Origin: Ginkgo biloba
Lineage: Eukaryota; Plantae; Ginkgophyta
Assembly (NCBI GenBank): GCA_024626585.2
Contig: JANKJI020000004.1
Location: 158,685,972 to 158,712,514 of the forward strand
Direction of reading: 5' to 3'
Length of the DNA stretch: 26,543 nucleotides
A program made the position numbers and the translations under genes. The notes under the pieces are model-generated. The model was not told the origin of the DNA. It was given only the letters and a program-made list of their open reading frames with translations, and searched no databases. Below, in pieces: positions 1 to 11,700 of this stretch (position 1 is its first letter; every line of letters starts with the position of its first letter).

Positions 1-59
1 ATTTTGGCCCTCAAAGACGCCCTATGCCACTTGCAAGATTACCTCAAACGAGCAAGTTG

Positions 60-1500
60 TTTTGTGAAACATATTGGCAAGCTCATTATCATCTATTCTT
101 CTAGATCGTGATTGCTAGACGGCATATCGAATGGTTAGGGTTCCTAACAATTTCTCGATTTAGGACCTGTCATATTCTTGACAAGAAACATCATGTAGTA
201 GATGCCTAAAGTTGTAGAATGGAGGTAGTTGTTGTACCTATCAACCACCTAGATATTTTGGAAACCATTAAAGACAATTGTGTGGATGATCTTGACTTCT
301 CAAAACTTTATTTCAGTCTACACAATCAATGATCTCATTTTACATTTTTTACCACCTTCAAGATTAACAGCTATTCTTCTAAAATCAGCTTTGTATCCTG
401 GGTGATACCAGTAGATATTACTAGAATGTCATGATCCTCTAACAGTAGCATGCTTTGGGATTTACAAAGCATACCTACTTCTCAAATCATCGAATTATTG
501 TCTGAAGACGAAGACAGACATCAATTGTTTGTCAAACATTGTTTGCTATTGAAGCTACCAATTGAACTATCACAATCAGTCGGTGTTCCCCACAAAAAGA
601 ATGAAGCATATCCTTGGGCATTATAACCAAACTCCCAAAATCAGGCTGACATACCAACCAAATGTTGGATGTAGTGAATTGCTATTGAAAATGGCGGACT
701 TCATGCTGTTCAAATAATGCACACAGGTGAGAATATCATCAAATTATTTGTAAAACATATTTTTGAGCTCCATGTGCCACACACTGAGACTCAAAATTGA
801 AGAGTAATGTTTGTAGCAGACTTTTTAAATCCCTAGGTGCAGGACTGAAAATTTAGCTCTCCTATCATCTAGAGTCCAACAGCCAAATTGTGCAGGTTAA
901 TCGTATCCTAGAAGATATGTTGCAGGTAGAATACCTGTGTTTTGTGGGGTTTGCCTACAATGACTCCCTTTCAAGCAGCTTATGGATGCATGCTTGTAAC
1001 CCCCTTCAACTGTAGCATGCAACAAACACTAATCAACATATGTGATCTACTTGATGAGATGAAGGGTGTCACTAAACAATCACAAGATAAGATTCCTCAA
1101 GAATAGGAAGATTATATACATCAACAGTTTGGGGAGTTTGANNNNNNNNNNNNNNNNNNAAGTACTATAGGATGTTGGTTCCTATTGCTATAGGTAACTC
1201 ATTACACTCTAAATTGCAATGATGCTTCTATGGACTATTCAAGATTATTCATAAGCAATTGCCTACAAGTTATACACTCAAGTTGCCACCCAGATAAGGT
1301 AAAATACATTCCACCTTTCATATCTTGTCATTGTAACCTTACTGCACATCAGATGAAATTGGTCCAGGAGATAATACTGAGTTCATTTTAATCTTTCCTT
1401 GAAGATGAGGACAAAAAGCGTTATGTAATTGAGCCCTCAAAGTATTTCTTTGCCATGAGAATGGACCTCCCACCAACAAAGTTGGCTTGCTGAACAGGAA
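60..1500 (+). mobile_element. Decayed Ty3/Gypsy pol remnant (RNase H end, integrase zinc-binding and core domains, GPF/Y module)
   Basis: Broken-frame peptides: RRHIEWLGFL...HVVDA (~117-205), LECHDP...FGIYKAYLLLK (~421-486), YHLESNSQIVQVNRILEDML (~863-922), FAYNDS (~950), FYGLFKII (~1226); many stops and frameshifts. Confidence 0.8.
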
Positions 1501-2596
1501 TTGTAGCCATGCATAGATCTCAACCAGCAATTCCTGAATCACAGGAGCAATGATTTGTTGATCTTNNNNNNNNNNNNNNNNNNNNNNNNNNNNNNNNNNN
1601 NNNNNNNNNNNNNNNNNNNNNNNNNNNNNNNNNNNNNNNNNNNNNNNNNNNNNNNNNNNNNNNNNATCTATAATTTTTAAAGAAAAGAAAAAATCTATCA
1701 ATAAAAAATTCTTAATGAGAAACCCTTATTCCTTCTAGCGTATACTTCTATGACTAATTTAACTTAATAAAAATAGATAATCAATTATTAATAAGCATAA
1801 TTATCCTATTATAAAGGTTTGTGTCTCCACTGCTGGAGACAACCCTTGGATCTTTTCCTAACATATAACCTTTAACCTTGTATTGAGAGCTTATCTGTTC
1901 TATTCCAGTTGTCTGGTTATTGAGGATCACCCACGTATAACATCTTTTCTTATTCTAGCCTCATGAATGCCTTCGGCCTGGCATGCCAGATACCAATAGC
2001 TTATCAACTTCCAATCCAGTCTAGTAAATGAAACAGAGAGTACCCTGGTTAGTCCTTGTTTTCTCTGTTGTGTATATGCTTTGCTGAAATACCTTTGCAA
2101 ACTTTTTATCCTTAACCACCGTCCTAGCATCTCCCGTGGAAATCACTGTTAGATAATATTAAGTATTTCCTGTAATAAGAATTGATGCCTTTGTCTTAAT
2201 CTTAAAGCTTTGATTTTTCAGGTTGTTTATCTTTACACTAAATATGAGATGTCCTCTCCAGTTTGCCACAGTATATTTTGTGGAATTTTGTGATTTTATT
2301 TTGGCATCATTATTTTTTCTCCTGCCTATTCCAGGTGTAAATTAACCACTGAATGGGCTTGCCTTGGGACTCCTTTGAGATACATCATTTATTTAGTAAA
2401 GGTGGAAATTGAAGGGCAAAGGCCTAATTGTATAATTCTTTTGTATATATGTTAGTAATTTATTTGTGATAATCCCATTGTTGATCTGTACTTTGTCATA
2501 TATTGTTCAAAAAATTTAAAAACTTCCACTTTCTCAATTTTCACTATGTTTCTGCTGTAAAATGTCGGTTTCAATTTTTGTTGCTTTGTTTTACAG

Positions 2597-2720
2597 GCAA
2601 CTTTATCCATTTTTGGAGGCACCTGTGATGTGGAAGCACTCGTGAATGATTCCAGAGTTGCAGTAGTAGTGCAACAACCTCCAAGTGCACATTGCATGAG
2701 TTTGGTTTTGGGGGCAAGGG
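2597..2720 (+). CDS. GP210: GP210 exon (3' end runs into gap): ATLSIFGGTCDVEALVNDSRVAVVVQQPPSAHCMSLVLGAR
   Basis: T-rich tract plus CAG acceptor at 2594-2596; matches the plant GP210 segment LSI.GGSC..EA.VN.SRVA.V..PP...C. Confidence 0.88.
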
Positions 2721-5700
2721 NNNNNNNNNNNNNNNNNNNNNNNNNNNNNNNNNNNNNNNNNNNNNNNNNNNNNNNNNNNNNNNNNNNNNNNNNNNNNNNN
2801 NNNNNNNNNNNNNNNNNNNNTTTTTGAGGTGTCAACTTTGTAGCTATGTAACTGCCTTCCTTATATTCTTCACACTTTGTATAATTAGGTTTATTTGCTC
2901 CATTCTTTGTATGAAGAGATATAGGAGAGATTTAGTTTTGGAGTTTTTTTCTCACACACATTTTGTAAGAACTTGTATTGTGTTATTTTCATTTAATAGA
3001 AGAAACCTTTTTGTGTGAAAAATTTCTTTGTATGTGAAATGTAGCTTCTCTCCATTTTTAAATTATTTCCCAACAACTGTACTCCCAATAGATATCTCTG
3101 ATGGAGACGTACACATATGTTGTGTTTTCTGAATCAATTCCTAGGTAATTTTAGATGCATCTTCTCAACATGCAATTTCTCATATGTCTTCTTGGAGATA
3201 CTACATGTTTCAACTTTAAAAGTTGATACATCATTAGAATAATCCTCCCAAATCAAATTGACCCCCTTTTGTTTTAGACAAGTTTGGCCAGAGTGGTTTC
3301 TAGGTCCACATTTCGAACACATCATCAATCTTCATGGGGTTCTTTATAGTCCTTATTGAAATGCCCCCATTTTCAGCAAAGGTAGCATTGAACTATGGGG
3401 CGACCAACTCCATCAGACTGCACCAGTGGCCTACAATTAGGCCTAGAATTTTGATAGCCACTGTTGTGGAGAGTCCCTAGCTAGTTGCCACCATATTGCA
3501 TTCGAGTGGCTTGTCTCACCATCTACTATATAAACATGGGCCTCTTAGGTTCACTTGGGATTTTGTGCATTCATTTGTACTGTGAGAATTCACCTTACAA
3601 ATATTACAATACTTACTCCTATGCTCAAGGTATCCATGCTTCGACTGCCCTTACTATCTTTATTTGGTGCACCATACTTCATTATTTTTCTTGGGCTTTT
3701 ACGGAACCTCCTGCATGAGTTTTGCCATGTCCTCCGGTAGTGCTTCAACTACAGAAGTATTGTCCTCCTCTCCTCCTTATCGTCATTGGACTCGACCCAA
3801 CTCAATTTTTCCTTCTAATCCTACCTCTCCAAACTCAATTCATACGTGGTCGGGAACACCACCTTTGATTTCTTCTGATAGTTTGGTAGCAAGGCTTCCA
3901 TGAACCAACATTTCTTTAGACCATCGGTGATGCATGATACGCTTTACATCAAGGCTTTCCATTTGTTGTTATACTATCACACCATTTGCCAAGAATCTTG
4001 TCATATATTGATAATCTAGTCAATAACTTTACTATCATCTTGTAACAATTGGAAATCCTTCACAAATGCCTCCTACAATGATGACCATGTAAAATGCCCT
4101 TTAAAAAAATCCTTAAAACTAGCATGACCATGCTAAAAAGGCTCGTAGCTGCTCAAAATCATCCACAATGCCACTGACAATTTTACCCAATGGTTGAAAT
4201 TTGCTCCATCTAAAAGGGAAATTATAGGAGTGGTGATATAATTCATGGAATAGGTCCTCATGCCCTAATTTAGGGTCGCTTCCATTCTAATATTTAATAA
4301 TGCTTCTACCTTCACTTCTAATGATATGAATATTTTTTCCTCAAAGTACAAGATACTACTTTTTCCTTCCTCCAATTACTATCCACAAGGGAATGGCCTA
4401 GAATAATCAATGAATAAGAGCATGATCAAAATCCTGAAGAAGACCNNNNNNNNNNNNNNNNNNNNNNNNNNNNNNNNNNNNNNNNNNNNNNNNNNNNNNN
4501 NNNNNNNNNNNNNNNNNNNNNNNNNNNNNNNNNNNNNNNNNNNNNTTGGCTCTAGAGAGTTTCAAATTTTATCTTCTAAGGGATCAGTAAATCTCTTGTT
4601 GCTCTAGAAATTAGAAATGTAACTCTGCATTTTTTGAATTGAGGAAGTGATTTCTTCTTCTCTCGCTACCAGTCTTCTATCCATTTCAGTTAGTCTAAGA
4701 TGAACGACAACAGAGTGGGAATGTAGAGCAAGTAATAACTAATTAAAAGATCTTTGTAAATCTTCCACGTGTTAGATGAGGTCTTGGATAAGAGGCCTTA
4801 TGTCTGCACCTTGACCTGTGAAAAATTCGTTGTTCCTCGCCATCGATCCAAACCTGCACACCATCGAGAGCTTCATAACAAAGATTGGAAAATCAAAACT
4901 AGTTGGGAGTTGAAGGCCCATGACGATAAAGATTTGTATCGAGGTGGGAGGCACCATCTTCATTGATCTCCCACAACTATTCATTATGGTTCTTTTCTCT
5001 TCATCGTAAGTTGACCCTGCAACAATGAAGACTTATACCTCAGGAAATGAAGGATACACACTATCATGATTATCCATGATATGGCGTTTAGTGGTGGTAG
5101 AAGGCGAGCCAAAGTTCAAAGGAGAAGTTAGGTAAGATGAAGTTATTCTTGTCCCTTTTTTCCTAATAAAGTTATACCAGGTGAAGGTTCAGAGAAGGGG
5201 GATAATACTCATCTTCAAGAGTCATGGTAGAATTGAGACTGAGGATCCCTTTTCTGAATTTTTAAGAGTTCCTAGCTGAAGATGAACACCTTCATTTGCC
5301 ATCTTATCTACTTTAGTGTCAAGATTTTTGAATATATGGAGAAATTCAATCCGATCAAATTCTTCTGATATCAACTTGATTTGTAATAGTATGCCATTCT
5401 AAATCAATAACAGCTCCATATATTAGTCACACAATTGCGACATCTGATTTATAGGTCATGTGGACAAGGAATACGAGAAGAGACAACCAATGAAAGGAAT
5501 GCAGTGAACAATGATCATATACTGTAGCATAGGCCTCGTCGAGTTCACAACAATGTCAAAGAAAATGGAGGAGGGGTCCTTACATGGAAAAAGGGTACTG
5601 CCTTCCAACTGTCCCATGCAGTTACATCTATTGGCGACTGCCCAACTACTAAATAACTGGAGCAACTCGCAAGTGCATGCAACTCCTGAAGTCTCGGCCA

Positions 5701-5734
5701 AGCCTGAACTTGCACAAATTCTAAGACATTCACA

Positions 5735-5768
<34 letters not shown>

Positions 5769-8700
5769 TTTTTGTGATGATTGGAAGAATGTAAGTTCAG
5801 TTCAATTCCAGAATTTGTGTACTGCTTATGGAGTATTAAAGGTAATAGTGGTAAGCAACAATCTGCCCTTCAGGCTTAGAGTTAATAACATATAAAGTGG
5901 TTTTTTTGTCCTCTCCTACCACAATGTATGGATGATATACTGTTCTTTGTCATGTTTGCAATCATCAACGTAAAAGTGAGTTGCATATGNNNNNNNNNNN
6001 NNNNNNNNNNNNNNNNNNNNNNNNNNNNNNNNNNNNNNNNNNNNNNNNNNNNNNNNNNNNNNNNNNNNNNNNNNNNNNNNNNNNNNNNNNNNNNNNNNNN
6101 NNNNNNNNNNNNNNNNNNNNNNNNNNNNNNNNNNNNNNNNNNNNNNNNNNNNNNNNNNNNNNNNNNNNNNNNTATTTGAAAGAACTGAATGTTTTCCTAA
6201 TTTTTTAATTTTGATGAAAATATATGCTCATGGTATAGAAGAGTTGTGAGTATAGTCCAGCAATGACAGTTTTTAAGAATTTAAGCATCAAAACTAGAGC
6301 TTTAGTACCTAACCCAGGGGAAGGGCCAGGGCTTGGAAGTAAATCTTTCATTCACTTAGTGGTGTATCGGTCCATAATTCTTTCACGCTGAAGTGTTTCT
6401 GTACTTTTTGCAGGTGCGTGTCACAGATGTCGATTGGATAAGAATTGTTCTGCCAGAGGAGACAAATCTGCTGGTTTGTTTGTGACTATACTTAGTAGTT
6501 ACGTTTCAGTGTCTATAGATGAGTTTTGTTTTACCTGTTCTTTCTTTAAACATCTAACACAGCCTAATCTTTTAACCTTTGTGCAGTTGGGCTCGGTAAA
6601 AGGTATTGAACTTGTAGCAGGCAGCCATGATGGACATGTTTTTGACTCTTCACAGGTGAGGAAGGCTGTCATGTTTCATTTGTTTTATAGTTTTGTGAAT
6701 GATTAGTCCTGAAGGTTAGTAAGGCTGACAATGTATTGTTGAATGAACTTATGTTTTATATTGAGTATGGCTTTAAAAATTGCTTTACCAATTTATATCC
6801 AATTTATGCATTGACTTTACAAAGGGATTGTTTTGATTGACTTAGTGAAATTTGTGGGGCTCTTTCTCTTCTGCTTTCTCTAACTGATTGCTGAATATCT
6901 TCTTTGTGAAACGTTTCAATTCATGAATGTACATGTACACCTAGAGGATGAAGTACTTGAGCTCGTAGGCAATGATGGCACTCCGAAACCATCTGGCAGT
7001 AAAGTGACAGGATCAAGTTTCTTCATACGTGGTGCAAATATTGGTCTGACAACTACTCTTCATGTAAGTATATATCGTGGATTTCAATGAATGCACTATT
7101 GTAGACAATAGAAAATGAATTTCTATGAACGCACTATTATAGAATTTTATGGTTGCTATTTGATATGGCAATGATAATGGTGGATGACAGTGATGTGTGT
7201 TTGAATTGCTAATTGAATGGTCATTACTGGTTCAGGTAAGTGCTTGGCAGGGATCAGGACGAGAAATTTTAAGTCAGTTTGTTAAGGTGGAAGTCTATGC
7301 ACCTTTGTTGATACATCCACCCCGACTTTTTCTTGCACCAGGCGCAAAATACACGGTTGGTACATCTTACTTTCAGAACTCATATAGGTTTATCTAGCCT
7401 GTTGCAAGATGGAAAAGTAATATTACAGCCTAGGTTATGACTACCTGAAGCTAATCGTAGTTCTGAAGTGGTTGTGAGAGTGCGAATATGTATTGAAGAT
7501 GATGTAAAGCTAATGTATGAAGGTGTTCTGTTTGAAAAAGTCAAGAGTTGTGTTGCATGAAAATTGGAAGTTCTGGTGTATAGTTTTAGGGATGATAAGT
7601 TCTGGAGTTGCTCCAATGCAGGCTAACACACTTGAAGCCCAGTATAGTTGGTTAAGTAATTCAGTTATGCATCGGATTTCAGAAAAAGTTTCAACATGAA
7701 AAAGGTCTAATGCCCGTTGTTGGATGAATGAATTGTGTGCGAATACTAGTAATGTACATTGTTATGACATTTTGGCCTGAAATATGGGTACCCAAAATGA
7801 GCCCTGCACTGCACGCTATTTTGATATGCAAGGTTAAAATTGTTAGAATATTTAATGTATACATATTGTAACTGGGGTCATAAACTAATGTTATGATACT
7901 TAAGGCCTTTAATATGGTTTAATGTGTCATATGGGTGAGTCATCCTTAGGTCACTTCCTAGAGTGACATGTGTCTAGACATGTGGAAGATCATAAACTGN
8001 NNNNNNNNNNNNNNNNNNNNNNNNNNNNNNNNNNNNNNNNNNNNNNNNNNNNNNNNNNNNNNNNNNNNNNNNNNNNNNNNNNNNNNNNNNNNNNNNNNNA
8101 GGGGTGAGTCGTCTTTAGGTCACTTCCTCAGTGACACATGTATGGACATGTGGCGGAACATAAACTGACCATTACATATTGTAATATGTATATATACATG
8201 TAAAAGCTTTGAACATATGCATTGAGGCATGATCATTAATGAAATTGAAGGTAGACCAATTCTACCGGATTTTTGGTGTTGTGTTCCTCAGATTGTGTGA
8301 TATTAGATCAATTATGATATCTTGTTTTAACATTTGGTATCAGAGTTGAGGGATATCCTTAGTTTGAACAATGTGAGGTTCGTGAATTAAACGAATTTGT
8401 GATTGTTTTTTTGGGTTTGTTCATTAAGGAGAATTATTATCTAGTGTGAGGGATCTTTGGTATTTTGTTCCTGTTAGTGGTCCAGTGTTTGAGAAATTGA
8501 TTTGTGTCCATGCTTTATGGTGAAATCAATGACAAATTCATCGGTATTCATTGTTATGGTTCGTAATTTACGTTGAAGAATGTGAAATTAATTGTTGTTT
8601 TGCAATCTGTGAAGAAAACTTTGTTGGTAATCACTGTTGAAGAGATGTTAAACAACAATGAAGAACGTGGCAGACTGTTCAAATACTGGTTGTGTCTTGG

Positions 8701-11700
8701 GTCAAATTCGTAAAAGGAGAAACCCTGAGGACAGTTCATGTGAGAAACGTGGAGAATTCAAAAAAGAATTGCTATGTCTATGTGTGACACTCATGGTCAT
8801 TCGCTGCAAAATCCTGTGATCATTTGCCCATGAAAAAAGTAACAGTGGGAGAAAATATGTTTTGTGGAGTCATCTGGGACATAGGGAGAGATGCCCTTGT
8901 GAAAACATAGTGAGTGATGCTAGTAGAAATCCATTCAAAGTCAATGATGTTGTAGTCCGGCCATTGTGGTAGCTGCGAACGCTGTGGAACTAGACTGATG
9001 CACGGTGGAGAGACAAGCAGGGAATCACCTTCTGTGAGTAATCCACTAGGAGAGACAATGGGGCAGAGATCGCCTTGCTGATACAAGTATTCTCATGATT
9101 GTTTAAAGGATCAGATATCGTGGAACGTGGTAGCAGGCTGGGATNNNNNNNNNNNNNNNNNNNNNNNNNNNNNNNNNNNNNNNNNNNNNNNNNNNNNNNN
9201 NNNNNNNNNNNNNNNNNNNNNNNNNNNNNNNNNNNNNNNNNNNNAATGTAACAATAATAATATGGAAGGGGTGCACCTGTGGGACGTGGTTCGCCCCGGG
9301 TTTGCGCACTTGCCTAGGCGGGTGCGTGAACCCGGTAACAGAGCTGAACACACATACCAGTGTTTTCTGCTGGTTGGACTGCCTTAAAATTTTCTGGCTG
9401 TATGGGTCCGGCTCGGTTTTGATATGAATAGTTTATCTCCTCAACTTAGGTGCCAATACAAAATTTTCNNNNNNNNNNNNNNNNNNNNNNNNNNNNCTAG
9501 AGAATTTATAGTAACATCTACTTGTTTCTATGTTTAGAGACCATTCTGCAATTATCAAAGACAATGTGCATTTCTTGTTGATCTCATTCAGACCATCATT
9601 GCTGCACCAAAGCACATTTTGCGGCTATTTCTAGAAACACGTTTCATGCAAGATGATGTGTCTACAATGATACTCTTGTAAAACTGCTTAGTAAAATTAT
9701 AATTAACCCTTTAATAGCAAATGCTATAAGTGTTGGTAAATAATGAAGGAAAAAGGTGCAAATCGTGTTGTTGGCTTTTTTTGTTTTTCTTATTTTTCAG
9801 GCTAATAGCTGCAACTTCTCTTTCCCAACTTGATATGTTACATTGATGTACAAGTAATGTTTCTAGGCTTTGTATTATAATCCTTATTTTGTCTTTTGAA
9901 GAATTCTAAAATATTTTACACACATTGTTTTGCATCACTGCTGAGTTCAGGTGTTTCTGCACTGTTTTCATATCACTACTTTCAGGTAGGGAATTTGATT
10001 CTATCTAGGAATTCGCTGCAACTCTGCACCCACATATACAGGACCGCTTGTTTCCAGGTTGTAAATGTAATAAAATGGATCTGTAGCAGGAATAGACATG
10101 GTCTGGGAGTTACAAAAGATCATTTCATTAGTGCCAATGCTGCATATATTTTCCTGATTAGTAGATTACTAAAATTCGAGGCTTCCAAATTATCTGTTGC
10201 ATTTAAATGTGCTTGCATGTATGCATCTGGAAGCTTGGGCATGGTATGCAAATTAAAATCTCTCGTGTGCTTTATGTATTGGTTTTTGTTCTGTAGTGAT
10301 ATTGATTGTGTTAGTTGCATACTGTGCCATGTTTGTTCTTGTGCATCTGTTGAGAGGGTTTCTTCCATCCTGAATTCTGGTTTGTAAAACAGCTGACAGT
10401 AAAGGGAGGCCCACGGACAGGAGTGGTCGTAGAATATTCTAGTATGGACAAGGCAATTGCAACAGTTGAGATCGCTTCAGGAAGATTGGTTTCAGCCTCT
10501 CCAGGCAACACTGTAAGTCCCAGCATCTTAGAATACGTTATCTTTTGGTNNNNNNNNNNNNNNNNNNNNNNNNNNNNNNNNNNNNNNNNNNNNNNNNNNN
10601 NNNNNNNNNNNNNNNNNNNNNNNNNNNNNNNNNNNNNNNNNNNNNNNNNATCTACCAAAATCATATTAGAAATCTGTTATCCTTATTTTAGATTATAGAG
10701 GTGGGTAATTCATAGTGTACCCACACATGATCAAAGAATAATTTTACTAGATGATAACAATTATTTCCTAATAATGATCTTCTTGCCTTGGTTCCTTCGA
10801 GTGTACAATGATTGTTTCGAATAATGTTGGGGGTTCCTCTGATATAATGTTCCTTACTTGTACTTGTCCCGTTTGAGATTGCTTTAGGACTGTCGGTTTT
10901 TTCCTAGTGAGGACTCTTGAATTGATTGGATTTGAAAGTGGAAAGCTAATTGGAGAAAATATCTTTATCTCATGTTGATCCAAGTCTCATACTTGATCTG
11001 CTACTCGTAGAAGGTATGATTTGTTACAATTTGTATTTGATATACTAGCCTGGATTTACTGATGTTTTTCATTTATCAATAATTCTTAGATGGCATTTAA
11101 ATTATTTCCTGTTGATACTGTTCATGTAGCTGAACTTTAACATGATCGAACTATTTAAATTGGACATTTCTTTTTGTGTCTCCTTTTTGGGTTTCATTTT
11201 CGATAATGTGAAAGAAATGTATGAAGTGACAACACATCATTTATCAGTCTCATGCAGATTTGAATGTTGCTAGTCTGTTTATTTTGACAAGTTTGCCTGA
11301 TTCCATTACAGGTCAGCCGGTAGAGCTACTATTGGTGTTTCGTTTTCCTGCGACTTCATTTCAGCGGGAAACAGTTTGCATTCAGTATCTTATAGTGCAT
11401 CTGATACACTATGGGTTGTCCCTGACCTACCTTTGGCACTTGGCATGCCAATAACTTGGTTGCTTCCTCCGTTCTATACAACATCAAATGTCTTGCCTGA
11501 ATGGACAGAACTGTCATTGCGTAGGGAATCGAGAAGCCACAAAGGACATGTCATGTATTCTGTTTTAAAGGTTTTTTTCTTCACAGATACATACTGTAGT
11601 TATTTCACATTTTATTTCTTTAGCATTTCCTTTGGTGTTTGGTCTTTAAGGTAGATAGTCTTTCCTTTCTATTTTTATATTCTTCCTTCATTTATTAGCA

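Noticed and set aside
9245-9430. GC-rich island that might be a DNA-transposon terminus
   Set aside because: Bounded by gaps; no terminal inverted repeat pair or target duplication is identifiable.
9896-10387. 163-aa ORF
   Set aside because: Intron-like, Cys/Phe/Ser-rich composition with no recognisable motif; it lies in the intron just upstream of a GP210 acceptor.
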